Assembly (NCBI GenBank): GCA_965113315.1
Contig: OZ220363.1
DNA length: 64,000 nt
Direction: 5' to 3' (one strand)
From: Podarcis vaucheri
Lineage: Eukaryota
Below are positions 62,418 to 64,000 of this stretch, piece by piece (position 1 is the first letter of the stretch; each line of letters begins with the position of its first letter). The notes beneath the pieces were generated by a model. The model saw only the letters and a program-made list of their open reading frames with translations, was not told the DNA's origin and ran no database searches. The translations under genes and the position numbers were made by a program.

Positions 62418-62780
62418 GGGGGACGTGGGTGGCGCTGTGGGTAAAACCTCAGCGCCTAGGACTTGCCGATTGCATGGTCGGCGGTTCGAATCCCCGCGGT
62501 GGGGTGAGCTCCCATCGTTCGGTCCCAGCTCCTGCCCACCTAGCAGTTCGAAAGCACAATTAAGTGCAAGTAGATAAATAGGTACCGCTTTCTAGCGGGA
62601 AGGTAAACGGCGTTCCGTGTGCTGCTCTGGTGCCAGTTCGCCAGAGCAGCTTCGTCACGCTGACCACGTGACCCGGCAGTGTCTGCGGACAGCGCTGGCT
62701 CCCAGCCTCTAGAGTGAGATGAGCGCACAACCGTAGAGTCTGTCAAGACTGGCCCGTACAGGCAGGGGTACCTTTACCTT
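62418..62780 (+). mobile_element. Sauria SINE (Squam1)
   Basis: A and B boxes, ACCTTT tail, TSD TAATGCA (62409-62415, 62781-62787). Confidence 0.92.
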
Positions 62781-64000
62781 TAATGCAGAATATTTTCTGT
62801 TCAGTAACACAACCAATGAACAGAACTCCACGCATAGGACATTCCTGCTGGAGGAAGAGGAAATGTGATTTTTGCTTCATGCTCCCTGAAAAGTTTGGTT
62901 GAAGGAACCTCAAAAGAACAGTGTGAGTGAGTGGTGGTACAACAATCTGAAGAGCAAAGGGGAATTAGTTTAAGTCACCCTCTCTCCCTCAGCAGAAGCC
63001 TCTCCTGAATCTCAGTCTCTTTCACAAATGGGACACTCTGGATGCAACCCATTGACTTTCTATCAGCTGAGGAGTGCTAGTTTCATTTGCCTGAAGCTTT
63101 TAGTATGGAAACAATAGAACTTTTGTGTTTAAACAAAGATTATGTGCTAGCATCAAATACAAAATATAAGAGAAACCACCTAAAGGTTTCTTTTCCATAA
63201 CGTTTTTCTCAAACAGCTGGTCAAAGTGGTGGAGACTTTTCAAGAGTTTCAAGTCCTAAATACTTCCTTTGCTGTTCTTTCATTTAATCGGTGGGTAAAC
63301 GATAATCTGAGATTAAATGAGGAGTTGAATATTTGCATTTATTAATCAATTAAAGGCATAATCCAAGCTGACAGCTTAATGAACCAACATTACCTACCAC
63401 TGGTGCATTTGAATCGCTGTTGCACACACCAGCCATGGCAGAAGGTGGGAACAAGGCAAATCAATGGGCCAGCATGGAACTGGTGCAGCAGTTGGGCCTG
63501 GTGTCAGCAGTGTGGCTGTCTTGGTAGGCTCATTTTGGAGCTTTCTGCTGGCTGCTGTTGATGGGGATCCCAGCAGCAGCAGTTCTGTCTACCTACAAAG
63601 CCGGAAACTTTACATCATCAAAGTGATGCTGGCAGCACTTTGCAGGCAAAGACTGGCAGGTCTCGGCAGAGGGACACCACCTAATTCGCTTACCTCCAGT
63701 CCAGTTCAAATGGGGTTTAGATTGCCCCCTAAAGTTTATGGCACTAAAAAACATCTAGTCTTCTTGCTGAATGTAATCTTTTATACTCGGGGTTCATAAT
63801 TAGCAGGGCACCAGGTGCATTTTGCACCTAAAGAATCTCCATTTGCGATCCCCTCCACAAGTCTGGGTGTCATTTGTACAAGGCTGGCACTCAAAGATTA
63901 CTGAAACGTATGTGCTTTGAAGCCTCAACGCATGTGTTAAGGATAGACAATAAAGGAGGTAAGGAGTTTGTTAAGGAGTTTAATAATGAAGAGTAGAGTG

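Noticed and set aside
63379-63799. ORFs in the KDM2A intron as a possible next exon
   Set aside because: No match in the listed ORFs to the expected continuation (RGTMRRRYEDDG...); the next coding exon probably lies beyond the window.

Overview
Vertebrate genomic DNA, almost certainly from a squamate and probably a lacertid lizard (inferred from the Sauria/Squam-type SINEs and BovB, CR1, L2 and Penelope repeats). Left part (1-20 kb): the edge of an olfactory receptor cluster on the minus strand, with two intact family-4 ORs (one very OR4S2-like), a truncated OR pseudogene and a local duplication of OR upstream DNA. Middle: a young, 5'-truncated L1-clade LINE with a nearly intact ORF2 (22.1-26.3 kb). 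Right: a complete five-coding-exon RHOD-type GTPase gene (34717-42122, +), then the CpG-island promoter and first coding exon of KDM2A (+), which is the human RHOD-KDM2A gene order. Most interesting points: (i) a squamate RhoD orthologue mixing RhoD and RhoF features, at odds with the view that RhoD is therian-specific; (ii) unusual retroelement structures: a BovB insertion with a twin-priming-type inversion, a TSD-less DIRS-like element, a bipartite mini-L1, and a Penelope terminus with a mutated minimal hammerhead ribozyme; (iii) a candidate uORF overlapping the KDM2A start. There are no prokaryotic-type systems. Repeat family names and comparisons to human proteins are from recall, not from database searches.
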